This document shows positions 54,456 through 64,000 of a stretch of DNA of 64,000 bases, in pieces. The notes beneath the pieces are model-generated. The model did not search any database. It was not told the origin of the DNA and saw only the letters and a list, made by a program, of their open reading frames with translations. Source of the stretch: Gammaproteobacteria bacterium. Its GTDB lineage: Bacteria > Pseudomonadota > Gammaproteobacteria > UBA4575. The stretch spans positions 192,001-256,000 of the forward strand of contig CBDCTA010000018.1 of NCBI GenBank assembly GCA_965221955.1. The letters run 5' to 3'. Both the position numbers and the translations under genes were made by a program. Numbering within the stretch: the first letter of the stretch is position 1; each line of letters opens with the position of its first letter.

Positions 54456-55415
54456 ATGTCTTTAAAAGTCGCCATTGTTGGACCGAGTCGCAGCAAACAA
54501 GGTACTGGCCCATTCATTGCAAGAACATTCAAACAACTAGGCTGCGATGTTCAAGCAGTAGTCAGCAGTTCACTTGCTTCTGCTGAAAAAGCTGTGGAAT
54601 ATTTAAAGAGCGAATATTCAATCAACAGTAAAGCGTACTCATCGCTTGATGAATTATTCCGTCGTCACGATATTGATATTGTCATAATAAGTAGCCCAGT
54701 AGATTCACATTTCCAACACTTGCAATCGGCTATCGAAGCAAGTTGCCATGTGTTTTGCGAAAAACCACTGTGGTGGGATGAAAATGTATTAACGCTAGCT
54801 GATATTGACCGAATGACTTCTACAACTACTGATTTGGTAAATGCCTGTAATGCTAAACAGCTTTTGTTACAACTGAATACACAGTGGCCCTATACTTTGC
54901 CAAGCTATTATGAACTTTACCCTCAATTTGTGGAAAATAATAAAATTGAAACCTTCGAGATGTGGTTGTCTCCACAAAGCGAAGGCAAATCAATGATTGT
55001 TGACACGGTCTCACATGTTTTGAGCATGCTGTATACCTTATGCAGTGCGGGCAAAATCAATAATATTGAATCTAACTTCCATCAGCTTAAAGACAATCAA
55101 GACTTACTAATCAACTTCGATTATTTGCATGCATTTGGAGACACACGGGTTTCCATCGCGCTGACTTCGAGTAATCATTTTCCCAAACCCGCAGCCTATG
55201 CAATAAATGGTTTGCGTGTGGATAGACATGTCGAACTACCTAATTACCTGATATCATTACGTTCAACCGAGAAACAGCTACCTATAGTAGACCCGCTAGA
55301 ATGTTCTATTAAGAACTTTATCAGCTCTATTCACTCTAAAGCCTCTTCAGATGAAGTTGCATTGATTGATGGCATGACGCATCTAGCGCAAATTTATCAA
55401 GCAGTAATTCAATAG
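54456..55415 (+). CDS. Gfo/Idh/MocA-family oxidoreductase
   Basis: KVAIVG, DIVIISSP, HVFCEKPL. Confidence 0.85.
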   Translation: MSLKVAIVGPSRSKQGTGPFIARTFKQLGCDVQAVVSSSLASAEKAVEYLKSEYSINSKAYSSLDELFRRHDIDIVIISSPVDSHFQHLQSAIEASCHVFCEKPLWWDENVLTLADIDRMTSTTTDLVNACNAKQLLLQLNTQWPYTLPSYYELYPQFVENNKIETFEMWLSPQSEGKSMIVDTVSHVLSMLYTLCSAGKINNIESNFHQLKDNQDLLINFDYLHAFGDTRVSIALTSSNHFPKPAAYAINGLRVDRHVELPNYLISLRSTEKQLPIVDPLECSIKNFISSIHSKASSDEVALIDGMTHLAQIYQAVIQ

Positions 55416-55433
55416 TAATATTAAATAGTAATA

Positions 55434-56825
55434 ATGGAAAAGATACACACTGAAAGTGGTGAAGTGTTAATGACGCTCTCGCCCTTAATTGATTTCACTC
55501 AACATAATTTTGAATCTAATGCTAAGAGTGAATTAACTCCTCTGCATGTGAAATCCGCAGCGCGTGAAGTAGAAAAGCAAACCGAGCTATCGCCTATCCA
55601 TGACTTCATGGGAAAACTGCGCCAACCTGAAGTTTTAACTCGATTAAAAGAGTATGTTGCTTGGCAGATCAAATGGCGTAATGGCTATGCCAACAATTCC
55701 ATGACACTTGAAGAAGCATTAGAGAATGCACCCATCCATGCACCGATTTCTATCAATCTAGATGTCACCACTGCATGTAATTATCGCTGTGATCATTGCG
55801 TGGACATGGATATTCTGAATAAGAATATAAATTATGAACACGAAAAGCTTAAAGACTCATTAACTTATTTAGCAGAAAAGGGTCTGCGTTCGGTCATCAT
55901 TATTGGTGGAGGCGAACCCACTGCCTATAAAGGCTTTGAAGATATTGTGCGACATCTCAAAGCCATGAGTATTCAAATTGGTGTAGTCACTAATGGCAGC
56001 ATGATGAAAAAAATCGAAGCGGTTGCAGATGTATTAGAACCACGTGATTGGGTAAGACTGTCTTTAGATTCAGGCACTAATGAAACCTTTCGTGCCATGC
56101 ATAAACCTGGCAGTAAAAAATGTACTTTAGAATGGATCTGTAGTCATATCCCATCCATCAAAAAAATCAATCCGAATTTTCAGATTGGGTTTAGTTTCAT
56201 CATTGTTTGGAAAGACTGTGAAACCAACGACACTAAAATAATCGAGAATGTAGATGAAATGCTAACTGCAGCGAAGTTAGCAAAAGACCATCAATTTAAT
56301 TACATTTCATTTAAGCCTTTCTTAACACGTGCTGAACTCAACAATGCTGAAGTCATTGGCATTGATAAAGAACGCGAATACGTTGAATCGGTGATGAAAA
56401 AAATTCGCGATGCAATTAATGAATCTAAAAAGTTAGATGACGATAACTTCGCCGTGATTGAGAGCACCAATTTACGTGTGTTAGAAAATGGCACCTATAT
56501 GAATTACACCGACCAACCGCACAATTGTCATATGCAGTACTTTAGACAAGTACTAAGCCCTTTAGGTGTATTTAACTGCCCAGTATATCGCCATGTGCCG
56601 CAAGCATTGCTGGGTGAAAAACATGCTTATCACACGCAAGAAGGTGTAGTAGATACTCAAAAAAATACTCTTCGTTTAATAGAAGCCTTTGATGCTACAC
56701 AAGAGTGTAAAGATGTAACCTGTTTATATAACCACGCGAATTGGTTTATTGAAGATCTAATTAATCATCCTGAGAAACTCGATGCCCTAGATTCGAGTTT
56801 TGATCGCGACGATTATTTTTTATAG
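55434..56825 (+). CDS. radical SAM protein with SPASM-like C-terminus
   Basis: CNYRCDHC, GGGEPT, VTNG, RLSLD; C-terminal Cys cluster. Confidence 0.88.
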   Translation: MEKIHTESGEVLMTLSPLIDFTQHNFESNAKSELTPLHVKSAAREVEKQTELSPIHDFMGKLRQPEVLTRLKEYVAWQIKWRNGYANNSMTLEEALENAPIHAPISINLDVTTACNYRCDHCVDMDILNKNINYEHEKLKDSLTYLAEKGLRSVIIIGGGEPTAYKGFEDIVRHLKAMSIQIGVVTNGSMMKKIEAVADVLEPRDWVRLSLDSGTNETFRAMHKPGSKKCTLEWICSHIPSIKKINPNFQIGFSFIIVWKDCETNDTKIIENVDEMLTAAKLAKDHQFNYISFKPFLTRAELNNAEVIGIDKEREYVESVMKKIRDAINESKKLDDDNFAVIESTNLRVLENGTYMNYTDQPHNCHMQYFRQVLSPLGVFNCPVYRHVPQALLGEKHAYHTQEGVVDTQKNTLRLIEAFDATQECKDVTCLYNHANWFIEDLINHPEKLDALDSSFDRDDYFL

Positions 56826-57833
56826 GAATTTTTGTGCGCTCTCAAAAACTTTATCCACTTCAATACCATTCAAACAATTATAGTGCCCAAATGGGCACTG
56901 TTTTTTAAAACAAGGGCTACAATCTAATCCCAAGTAGTGGATTTCTTTTGTTTCTGTTAGTGGCGGGGTATATTTAGGTGTAATCGAACCATAAATTGCA
57001 ACAATTGGCCGCCCTACCGCTGCTGCAATATGCATTAAGCCTGAATCATTTGTAATCGCGACCTTTGCTAACGATAACAAATCAGTTACTTCCTCAAGTG
57101 AAGTTTTTCCACAAAGGTTTATTGCATCGCCTTTTGCAGCTTGTACAATTTCTTCACCCATAGTTTTGTCATTGGGTGAACCAAAAATGTAAACGTTATA
57201 CCCTTGTTGTTTAAAACGTATCGCAAGCTCTCCAAAATATTTAGCTGGCCATTGTTTTGAAGGACCAAACTCAGCACCGGGCATAAATGCAATTGCGGGT
57301 GTCATTTCATCGATGTCCAACTTAACAGCTGCTTGATGACGCTTTTCTTCATCTACTACAAGCTGTGGAAAATGAATTTTAGGTGACTGTGTAAGCTGGG
57401 ACGGTAGCGCGCCTAGTTGTAGATATTTTTCAACCGCTTTATACGTTAATGTTGTATCAAGCCTTCGCATGTCATTAACAATTCCATAACGCATCTCTCC
57501 TCGATACGCTGTACGTTTAGGAATTTTGGCAAAAAATGGAATTAATGCAGATTTAAACGTACGCGGCAAAATAATCGCTCGATCATATTCACCACGCAGG
57601 CTCTTGCCTACACGGTATCGCTCTGCGAATTGTAATTTTCCATGTTGTAGATACACGGTGATAACACTACGAACCTCCGGCATACGTTCTAACACCGGCG
57701 CAGACCATGCGGGCGCGACAACATCAATGATATTATTTGGATCTTGGCACTTCAGTGTGATGAACAAGCTTTGCACCATAACCATATCACCCACCCAAGC
57801 AGGTCCAACTATAAGAATTCTATTTGCGTTCAA
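56820..57833 (-). CDS. waaF: LPS heptosyltransferase II
   Basis: ILIVGPAWVGDMVM, PGAEFGPSKQWP, NDSGLMHIAAA. Confidence 0.93.
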   Translation of the reverse strand: MNANRILIVGPAWVGDMVMVQSLFITLKCQDPNNIIDVVAPAWSAPVLERMPEVRSVITVYLQHGKLQFAERYRVGKSLRGEYDRAIILPRTFKSALIPFFAKIPKRTAYRGEMRYGIVNDMRRLDTTLTYKAVEKYLQLGALPSQLTQSPKIHFPQLVVDEEKRHQAAVKLDIDEMTPAIAFMPGAEFGPSKQWPAKYFGELAIRFKQQGYNVYIFGSPNDKTMGEEIVQAAKGDAINLCGKTSLEEVTDLLSLAKVAITNDSGLMHIAAAVGRPIVAIYGSITPKYTPPLTETKEIHYLGLDCSPCFKKQCPFGHYNCLNGIEVDKVFESAQKFL

Positions 57834-57942
57834 AAGTAGCGTTAAACCATAGATTTTTTAATAAGGCTGTGTTGATTTATTCTGATATTATGATGCGAAT
57901 CAAATCTACAAAACCAGACAAATTAGCTGAGTATAAAAACAT

Positions 57943-58608
57943 ATGGATATCGAGCAAGCAAGATTCAATATGATCGAACAACAGATACGTCCATGGGACG
58001 TGCTGGATGTCGATGTATTAAGAGTCATAGAGGATACGCCACGGGAACTATTTGTACCCATTCAACATCAGAAGCTGGCTTTTTCTGATTTAGAAATTCC
58101 GCTCGAACATGATCAAGTCATGATGGCCCCTAAAATTGAAGCACGTATGTTACAGGCACTACAGATAAAAGCAGATGACAATATTTTAGAGGTAGGTACA
58201 GGCTCAGGCTTTGTTACCGCATGCTTGGCAAAACTTGGTCAACATGTAGATAGTGTTGAATATTTTGAAAGCCTCAGTAATCAGGCCGAAAAGGTTTTAC
58301 AACAACAGCAACTAACAAATTATAACTTGCAAGTTGCAAATGTATTAAGCGATAGTTTTTTAGCCTCTCTTAAAAACAAGAGATATGATGTGATCGCTAT
58401 CACTGCGTCGATGCCTATTTATAGTGAACTTTTTGAAGAATATTTATCAGACAATGGAAGACTTTTTGTGATCGCAGGCAAAGCCCCTGTGATGCAAGCC
58501 AAACTAATCACTAGCATGAATCAACATGGTTGTAATTGCACAAATTTATTTGAAACAAATTTAACTCCATTGATCGGGATGCAAACACCTCGAGAATTTG
58601 AGTTGTAA
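57943..58608 (+). CDS. pcm: protein-L-isoaspartate O-methyltransferase
   Basis: ARFNMIEQQIRPWDV, LEVGTGSGF. Confidence 0.88.
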   Translation: MDIEQARFNMIEQQIRPWDVLDVDVLRVIEDTPRELFVPIQHQKLAFSDLEIPLEHDQVMMAPKIEARMLQALQIKADDNILEVGTGSGFVTACLAKLGQHVDSVEYFESLSNQAEKVLQQQQLTNYNLQVANVLSDSFLASLKNKRYDVIAITASMPIYSELFEEYLSDNGRLFVIAGKAPVMQAKLITSMNQHGCNCTNLFETNLTPLIGMQTPREFEL

Positions 58609-58931
58609 TGTTTAAGGAGTTTAGCCCTCAGCAATTAAAACAACATCTTGATCAAACAACCGAAACACCGGTTTTACTAGATGTAAGAGAACCTTGGGAG
58701 TTCGAACGTTGTCATATTGCTAACTCCAAACTTGTGCCTATGAGGGAGGTGCCAAGTGTATTACAAGAATTTGATCCAGATGATGAAATTGTGGTGATAT
58801 GTCATCATGGTATTCGCAGCCGTGCAGTGGCGAACTATTTGGCTCAGCACGACTACTCTAGAGTGATTAATCTCTCAACAGGCATTGATGGTTGGGCAAG
58901 AGATATTGACCATTCCATGCCCACTTACTAA
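58608..58931 (+). CDS. rhodanese-domain protein
   Basis: LDVREPWE, CHHGIRS, GIDGW. Confidence 0.9.
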   Translation: MFKEFSPQQLKQHLDQTTETPVLLDVREPWEFERCHIANSKLVPMREVPSVLQEFDPDDEIVVICHHGIRSRAVANYLAQHDYSRVINLSTGIDGWARDIDHSMPTY

Positions 58932-58993
58932 TGAATTAGTACCAATCATTCTATATCGGCTTTAAAAATCAACCTAAATACAGATACATAGGC

Positions 58994-60346
58994 ATGATAA
59001 TTTCAACTAACAAAGGCTCTAGATTGTTGATCAAACACCTACTCTGCTACAGCTTTGTTTTAGCCTTTGTAGGGCTTAACACAGCACAAGCGTTCAGTTT
59101 AATGGACATATATATGAGAGCAAAGCAACACGATGCAGATATCTTGATTGCAGAATCTAAATACCATGCAGATGCTCAAGCAAGACCGATTGCACGTGCG
59201 AACATCCTTCCGCAAGCAAACTTGACAGCAAACACAACCGATGTGAGCCAGGAAACAGACGGACAAACATTTGGCGTATCAGGTAGAGAAGTAGACTTTA
59301 ATGATCATGGTTATACTCTTAGCATCACTCAAGCTTTATATCATCACGACTACTATGTGCAATTACGACAAGCCAAAGACTCTGTAGCAAGAGCAAGTGT
59401 TGATTTAGACGCTTCATACCAAGCATTAATGCAACGTACTGCAGAAGCATATTTTAATGTGTTGGCAGAACAAGATAATCTAACCTTTAGACAATCTGAG
59501 ATTGAGGCGATTGAGCGCCAGCTTGAACAAGCTAAAAAACGTTTCGAAGTTGGCTTGATTGCAATTACCGATGTGAAAGAAGCGCAGGCCTCTTATGATT
59601 TAGCAGTTGCCAGTAAAATTGAAGCGCAAAATGCCCTTGAGATTTCTAAAGATGCATTAGAGGTCATCATCGCGGAACGTGCTGAAACACTTAATCCATT
59701 ATCGGATCGTATGCAGCTCATCACTCCTGAACCAAACGATGTTCAAGAGTGGATTAATAAAGCCTTAGATCAAAATTTAAGTTTATTATCTAGTGAATAC
59801 ACCACTAAAATTGCGCAACACGAAATAAAATTACAAAAATCACAACATTACCCAACACTTGATATTGTTGCCTCACATAATGATACCGATACCGGTGGTT
59901 TAACCGGATCGCGCGAATCAGAAGATACGCGCATTGGTTTGGAGCTCAATATTCCAATTGTTGCAGGTGGGCGCACCTATTACCGAACTAAAGAAGCCCG
60001 TTATCGTGCAGAGCAGTCAATTAATGAACACGAAAAGATTCGTAGAGAAACAATCAAAAACACACGAGATGCATTCTTAAATGTCATTTCAGGAATAAGC
60101 CGCGTAAAAGCGCTTGCCAGAGCACTAGAGTCTACTGAGGCAGCTGCGCGAGCAGCTGAAGCGGGCTTTCAAGTAGGCACCAGGACTTCCGTCGATGTCT
60201 TACTCGCTTTACAAGAAACATTCAGAGCCAAGCGTGACTACTCTCGTGCTCGCTATGACTACTTATTGAGTACCTTAAACTTAAAACAAGCCACTGGCGC
60301 ACTCAGTGTGGATGATTTACTTCAGATTGATGGTTGGCTAAATTAG
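58994..60346 (+). CDS. tolC: TolC-family outer-membrane channel
   Basis: RFEVGLIAITDV, YPTLD, VGTRTSVDVL. Confidence 0.9.
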   Translation: MIISTNKGSRLLIKHLLCYSFVLAFVGLNTAQAFSLMDIYMRAKQHDADILIAESKYHADAQARPIARANILPQANLTANTTDVSQETDGQTFGVSGREVDFNDHGYTLSITQALYHHDYYVQLRQAKDSVARASVDLDASYQALMQRTAEAYFNVLAEQDNLTFRQSEIEAIERQLEQAKKRFEVGLIAITDVKEAQASYDLAVASKIEAQNALEISKDALEVIIAERAETLNPLSDRMQLITPEPNDVQEWINKALDQNLSLLSSEYTTKIAQHEIKLQKSQHYPTLDIVASHNDTDTGGLTGSRESEDTRIGLELNIPIVAGGRTYYRTKEARYRAEQSINEHEKIRRETIKNTRDAFLNVISGISRVKALARALESTEAAARAAEAGFQVGTRTSVDVLLALQETFRAKRDYSRARYDYLLSTLNLKQATGALSVDDLLQIDGWLN

Positions 60347-60374
60347 ATCCATTACGGACACCGATGCCTACACA

Positions 60375-61634
60375 TTGCAAACCACAAGCACCCGATACAA
60401 GCTCTTTCTACTAATACTGAGCCCGCTCGCGCTCGCGCATATTGTCTACCGCTCATTTAAAGACGGCGGGCTTCGATACTTTAAACAACGACTTGGCTTT
60501 GGCTATACAAAATTTCAGCCTTCTAGCTGTATTCATTTTCACTGTGCTTCAGTAGGAGAATTCATTACCGCCAAACCGCTGATTAATGCACTACATGCTG
60601 CATTTCCCACAAAACAAATCGTAATCAGCACCAATACCCCTACGTCCGCAAGCTTAGTATCCAAGATGGAGAATAAAGAAATTATCCATCACTACTTCCC
60701 GATTGATTTAGCATTTTGTGTAAAACGTTTCCTAAAAAATGTTCAGCCAATAGCCTGCTTCATTCTAGAAACTGAAATTTGGCCGACCTTCTATTCTTTT
60801 GCAGCAAAAAAATTCATCCCAATTTCTATTATCAACGCAAGACTCTCGAACAAAACACTACACGCAAACAATTTCATTAAAAATGAATATGCGAATGCAC
60901 TAAAAAATGTAAGCCAAGTTTTAGCAAGATCCAAACAAGATCATACTAATTATGTAAATCTAGGGGCTTCACCAAAAGTTATTCAAACACTCGGTAATTT
61001 AAAATATTCCATAAATAATACAAACAATAAATCATTAGCTTGCACAACAATTAAACGCCCATTTTTCTTTGCTGCGTCGACACATGAAGATGAAGAATCA
61101 CAACTTTCAGAGCATATAGAATTATTACGAAGAAAAAATTATCTGTTAGTAATTGCTCCTCGTTATCCAAATCGCTGCAAAAGCCTCGCACAACAGTTTA
61201 GAAGCAAAAACTTACAAGTAGCTTTGCGCAGTCAGCACGATGAAATCAATGATACAACTGATATTTATATTGTCGATACTTTGGGTGAGTTAGACCTTTT
61301 TTACAATGAAGCAGCACTAGTCTTTGTTGGTGGATCACTGATCGAACGCGGCGGGCATAATATTCTTGAACCTGCAAATTTTGGAAAATGCATTATCGTT
61401 GGGCCACATACTGAAAATTTTGAACTAGAAACAAAAGAATTATTACAAGCTGATGCAATCATTCAAATAAAAGATAATCACGCGCTGGGCTTACAATTAG
61501 TATGGTTGCTGAAAAATGATTTGCAACGCGAGGAATATGGGGAAAACGCGATACGTTTCGTTGAACAGCAATCTGGAATTCTAGGCACTTATATAAACTC
61601 TATCCAGCCAATCATACAAGACGCTATTAAATAA
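60375..61634 (+). CDS. waaA: Kdo transferase
   Basis: HCASVGE, ETEIWP, NARLS, ASTH, GGHNILEPA. Confidence 0.93.
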   Translation: MQTTSTRYKLFLLILSPLALAHIVYRSFKDGGLRYFKQRLGFGYTKFQPSSCIHFHCASVGEFITAKPLINALHAAFPTKQIVISTNTPTSASLVSKMENKEIIHHYFPIDLAFCVKRFLKNVQPIACFILETEIWPTFYSFAAKKFIPISIINARLSNKTLHANNFIKNEYANALKNVSQVLARSKQDHTNYVNLGASPKVIQTLGNLKYSINNTNNKSLACTTIKRPFFFAASTHEDEESQLSEHIELLRRKNYLLVIAPRYPNRCKSLAQQFRSKNLQVALRSQHDEINDTTDIYIVDTLGELDLFYNEAALVFVGGSLIERGGHNILEPANFGKCIIVGPHTENFELETKELLQADAIIQIKDNHALGLQLVWLLKNDLQREEYGENAIRFVEQQSGILGTYINSIQPIIQDAIK

Positions 61635-62370
61635 TATAATTATCCTTAGAATAACCCTTGGTTAAATGCGAAAAACACTCTGGAGTAAAATTGAACGTAG
61701 TACTATTTTTCGCTATTTTTTCTAGCGAACGCCGTAAACGCTGAAGATTTTTATCTCTCCATCTGTTTTTTGCGATATCGATCTTGGAACGATCAAAGTC
61801 TATAAGAAACACATTTTCTTGATTGTCGAGCAAGATATTATGCGCATTCAAGTCTGCATGATTACAGTTGTTATTATGAAATTGTTTTATGCTTTTCCCT
61901 ATTTTCATCCAGCACAACTCAGAAATCGCTTTTGATTCCAGGATCGAGCTAAGCGTTTTCGTATTTGGAATTAAGGTGGTAATTATATCTGCCGAATATA
62001 CTCTGCCTTGCTTATGTACGCGTACTGCTACAGGCATTGGCACAGGTAAGTTATTTTCTGATAGCGTGGATAGAACTTGCAACTCTTGAAACGCTCTTGT
62101 TTTTTCTAAGCCTCTCCACAGATAACGATCTTTTACAAATTTTGCTGGAAACCCACCGCGACGATAATGACGTAAAACTAAGTTTTGATCATTATATTTA
62201 AAGCAATGCACCCCACCTCTACCATGATGAGTCTCTATGTCATCAGGTCTCAAAAGAGAGTTCGATATTAAATAATCAGGATCAAATAATGTTAACGGAA
62301 ACGTTTCGAATAGTAATTTATTGTAGGCAACGATATGATTACCTTCATAGCTAACCTCAAAATTTTTCAT
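61627..62370 (-). CDS. kdkA: Kdo kinase
   Basis: GRGG, LRHYRRGG, HADLNAHNIL, IDFD. Confidence 0.92.
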   Translation of the reverse strand: MKNFEVSYEGNHIVAYNKLLFETFPLTLFDPDYLISNSLLRPDDIETHHGRGGVHCFKYNDQNLVLRHYRRGGFPAKFVKDRYLWRGLEKTRAFQELQVLSTLSENNLPVPMPVAVRVHKQGRVYSADIITTLIPNTKTLSSILESKAISELCWMKIGKSIKQFHNNNCNHADLNAHNILLDNQENVFLIDFDRSKIDIAKNRWRDKNLQRLRRSLEKIAKNSTTFNFTPECFSHLTKGYSKDNYII

Positions 62371-62387
62371 TAAATTACTTTTCTGTA

Positions 62388-63461
62388 TTGAATTCCTACC
62401 AATTCACTAAGTTTACTATGAATAGTCCACCGAATTCGATTTGTATACTTCGTTTGTCAGCCATTGGTGACGTTACGCACATGGTTCCAGTCGTGAGAAC
62501 CATACAAAAATATTGGCCCAGCACAAAAATTACTTGGGTAATCGGCAAAAATGAAGCTAATCTCGTCTCGGACTTTCCCAATATTGAGTTCATTCTATTT
62601 GATAAATCTCATACCTTCGCTAGCTATCAATCTATAGCTAAACAAATGAAAAATAAACAACATGATGTATTGCTATGTGCCCAAGTATCTTTGCGTGCTA
62701 ACTTATTAAGCAAATTAATCCCTGCAAAACTCAAACTCGGTTATGACAAACCACGCGCGAAAGACCTACACACTAGTTTCATCGATGAATCCATTCCTTC
62801 AACCCCAGAACAACATGTACTCGATAGCTTTTTTAGTTTCATAGAATATTTAGGTCTAAAGGAACGCGAATTAGACTGGAACTATGAGATTCCAGCAGAA
62901 GCGCATGAATTTGCAAATGAACACATTGACACACAACGACCCAATGTGATTATCAGCCCTTGCTCAAGTCACCCAAAGCGTAACTGGAGTAGTGAACGCT
63001 ATGCTGCAGTTGCTGATTTTGCATCCCAATCATTTAATGCACATGTGATTTTATGTGGTGGCCCATCTGAATTTGAACAAAAAGTAGGCGCAGAAATTGA
63101 GCGCTCTATGCAAATGCATGTCACAAACCTGATAGGAAAAGATAATTTAAAAAAATTTCTTGCTTTGTTAATGCGAGCTGACGTTATCATCACACCTGAT
63201 TCCGGCCCGGCACACATGGCGACTGGATGTCATACACCTGTGCTTGGTTTATACGCCGCGAGCAATTCTAAGCGAAGCGGTCCTTATTTAAGCTTAAATA
63301 ATTGTGTTGATCGATATAACCAAGCGGCACAAAAGTATAAAAATAAATCTGCTAGTGAATTAAAATGGGGTGCAAAATTAGAATACGAGGGTGTAATGGA
63401 TCTAATCAGTATAGAAGATGTAACAAATCAGTTAGAATCCATCTTAAAGAAACCGATCTAA
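62388..63461 (+). CDS. GT9 heptosyltransferase (OpsX/WaaC-like; start may be 62418)
   Basis: ILRLSAIGDVTH, PDSGPAHMA. Confidence 0.88.
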   Translation: MNSYQFTKFTMNSPPNSICILRLSAIGDVTHMVPVVRTIQKYWPSTKITWVIGKNEANLVSDFPNIEFILFDKSHTFASYQSIAKQMKNKQHDVLLCAQVSLRANLLSKLIPAKLKLGYDKPRAKDLHTSFIDESIPSTPEQHVLDSFFSFIEYLGLKERELDWNYEIPAEAHEFANEHIDTQRPNVIISPCSSHPKRNWSSERYAAVADFASQSFNAHVILCGGPSEFEQKVGAEIERSMQMHVTNLIGKDNLKKFLALLMRADVIITPDSGPAHMATGCHTPVLGLYAASNSKRSGPYLSLNNCVDRYNQAAQKYKNKSASELKWGAKLEYEGVMDLISIEDVTNQLESILKKPI

Positions 63462-63482
63462 GGAAATTGATAATAAAATAAT

Positions 63483-63869
63483 ATGGAAACCATAAACGTA
63501 CCTATCTCACCTGGAGAACTTCTAGACAAAATCACTATCTTGGAAATTAAGTCTGAGCATATTGAAGATAAAGAAAAACGAGCCAATGTTGAAACTGAGC
63601 TAGAGCTACTCAGCAATATTTGGGAAAAAACTTCTCCAAGCGACACACTCATCAAGTTGAAACAAGAATTAAAAGAAAATAATAAAGCACTTTGGGATAT
63701 TGAGGACAAAATCCGTATCAAAGAAGCCAACAAAGAGTTCGATCAAGTTTTTATCGAATTGGCACGTTCAGTCTATATTCAAAATGACAAACGAGCAGAG
63801 ACTAAGAAACAAATTAATCTTCAATTAGGCTCTCTAATCATAGAAGAAAAGTCTTATGCAGAATACTAA
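63483..63869 (+). CDS. DUF6165-like protein
   Basis: VPISPGELLDKITILEIK, LWDIED, NDKRA, EEKSY. Confidence 0.8.
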   Translation: METINVPISPGELLDKITILEIKSEHIEDKEKRANVETELELLSNIWEKTSPSDTLIKLKQELKENNKALWDIEDKIRIKEANKEFDQVFIELARSVYIQNDKRAETKKQINLQLGSLIIEEKSYAEY

Positions 63870-64000
63870 TTCCTTTCAGCATTAACATTTTGATTTCTAT
63901 ACCAAACTGACAAGGCATATACCATCATGAATAATGCCAAAAGGCATTCTTTGGTTTCACCTGCGCGTATATCAAGTACTACAGGAATGTTTATATCCAA
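63866..64000 (-). CDS. 3' end of a hypothetical membrane protein (partial)
   Basis: Open frame ...LDINIPVVLDIRAGETKECLLALFMMVYALSVWYRNQNVNAERN* entering from the window edge. Confidence 0.5.
   Translation of the reverse strand: MDINIPVVLDIRAGETKECLLALFMMVYALSVWYRNQNVNAERN

Overview
AT-rich gammaproteobacterial chromosome segment. The core genes are ychF-pth-rplY-prs-tRNA-Gln-ispE-lolB-TPR, hemA-prfA-prmC, gatCAB, mreBCD, rnd, metY, slt, ptrB, pdxH, msrA, thiC and an LPS/pcm-tolC-waaA-kdkA locus. Accessory DNA interrupts this core in several places. (i) 1-8547, downstream of tRNA-Met, looks like a genomic island. It carries a partial FadL-type channel, a FixL/FixJ-like two-component pair, a cytochrome c/norS/norY/senC(SCO)/orf/HPP heme-copper cluster of the sNOR type with a divergent NsrR-like regulator, and an orphan gene. 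(ii) A ~2 kb integrase-less islet in tRNA-Gln is bounded by a 14-bp duplication of the tRNA 3' end. It encodes an RX4H HEPN-like protein and a proteasome-beta/HslV-like Ntn hydrolase, the best candidate here for an undescribed (probably defence) system. (iii) A dispersed 28-bp imperfect palindrome family lies next to accessory genes. Also present: SAM-II-like and TPP riboswitches, a probable AUA start for mreC, a frameshifted slt, and a large lipoprotein with two cytochrome c domains separated by an Ig-like stalk. All calls come from motif recognition by eye; no database searches were run.
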